A stretch of DNA of 61,762 nt, the filler included, from Choristocarpus tenellus KU-1152 (Eukaryota; Protista; Phaeophyceae): assembly GCA_964200185.2 (NCBI GenBank). It is 13 parts of 13 records of this genome, joined end to end, with 100 filler letters (N's around TTAATTAATTAA, not from the genome) between each part and the next. Parts side by side here need not be neighbours in the genome. Positions count along the whole stretch, not along the records: positions 57,378 to 61,762 come from CAXNAD020014798.1; 12 more parts are not named here. The stretch is one strand, 5' to 3'. Below, piece after piece: positions 61,710 to 61,762 of the stretch. The notes under the pieces were generated by a model. That model did no database searches. It saw nothing but the letters and a program-made list of their open reading frames with translations, and was not told where the DNA came from. The first letter of the stretch is position 1. The number at the start of each line of letters is the position of its first letter. The translations under genes were made by a program, and so were the position numbers.

Positions 61710-61762
61710 GGCTCAAATTATCTGGGAGGGGGTGGCGGCTGTCCATTTAGGGTCAATTTTTT
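61710..61762 (+). mobile_element. MITE family B 5' end (window edge)
   Basis: GGCTCAAATTATCTGGGAGGGGGTGGCGGCTGTCCATTTAGGGTCAA. Confidence 0.75.

Overview
Eukaryotic draft-genome sequence. It is not one locus: 13 short contig pieces are joined by 12 artificial 100-nt linkers (44 N + TTAATTAATTAA + 44 N), so adjacency only has meaning between two linkers. Spliceosomal introns, a heterokont-type bipartite plastid-targeting signal and TTAGGG repeats point to a photosynthetic stramenopile, probably a brown alga or close relative (inference). Eight protein-coding genes can be reconstructed by hand: a tandem calponin-homology protein (partial), a coiled-coil protein (partial), Costars/ABRACL, a CINP-like protein, a GLOD4/glyoxalase-like VOC protein with an apparent thylakoid-lumen signal, a DUF4282-like membrane protein, an atypical CRVC thioredoxin (probably 5'-partial) and an ERp72-like PDI with CPHC sites and probable GC-AG introns (partial). 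The rest is mostly transposon debris: a solo-LTR family with 4-bp TSD, Copia/Gypsy/RTE remnants, CRE-like RLE retroelements with many 3' stem-loop relics, a dead DD39D mariner, a Stowaway-like foldback, two related 4-bp-TSD MITE families and a TIR element carrying telomeric repeats. No rRNA, tRNA or CRISPR array was seen. I found no clear multi-gene novel system. The best lead is the lumen-targeted VOC protein that has lost most metal ligands and sits head-to-head with the DUF4282-like gene. All family calls come from motif recognition by eye; no searches were run.
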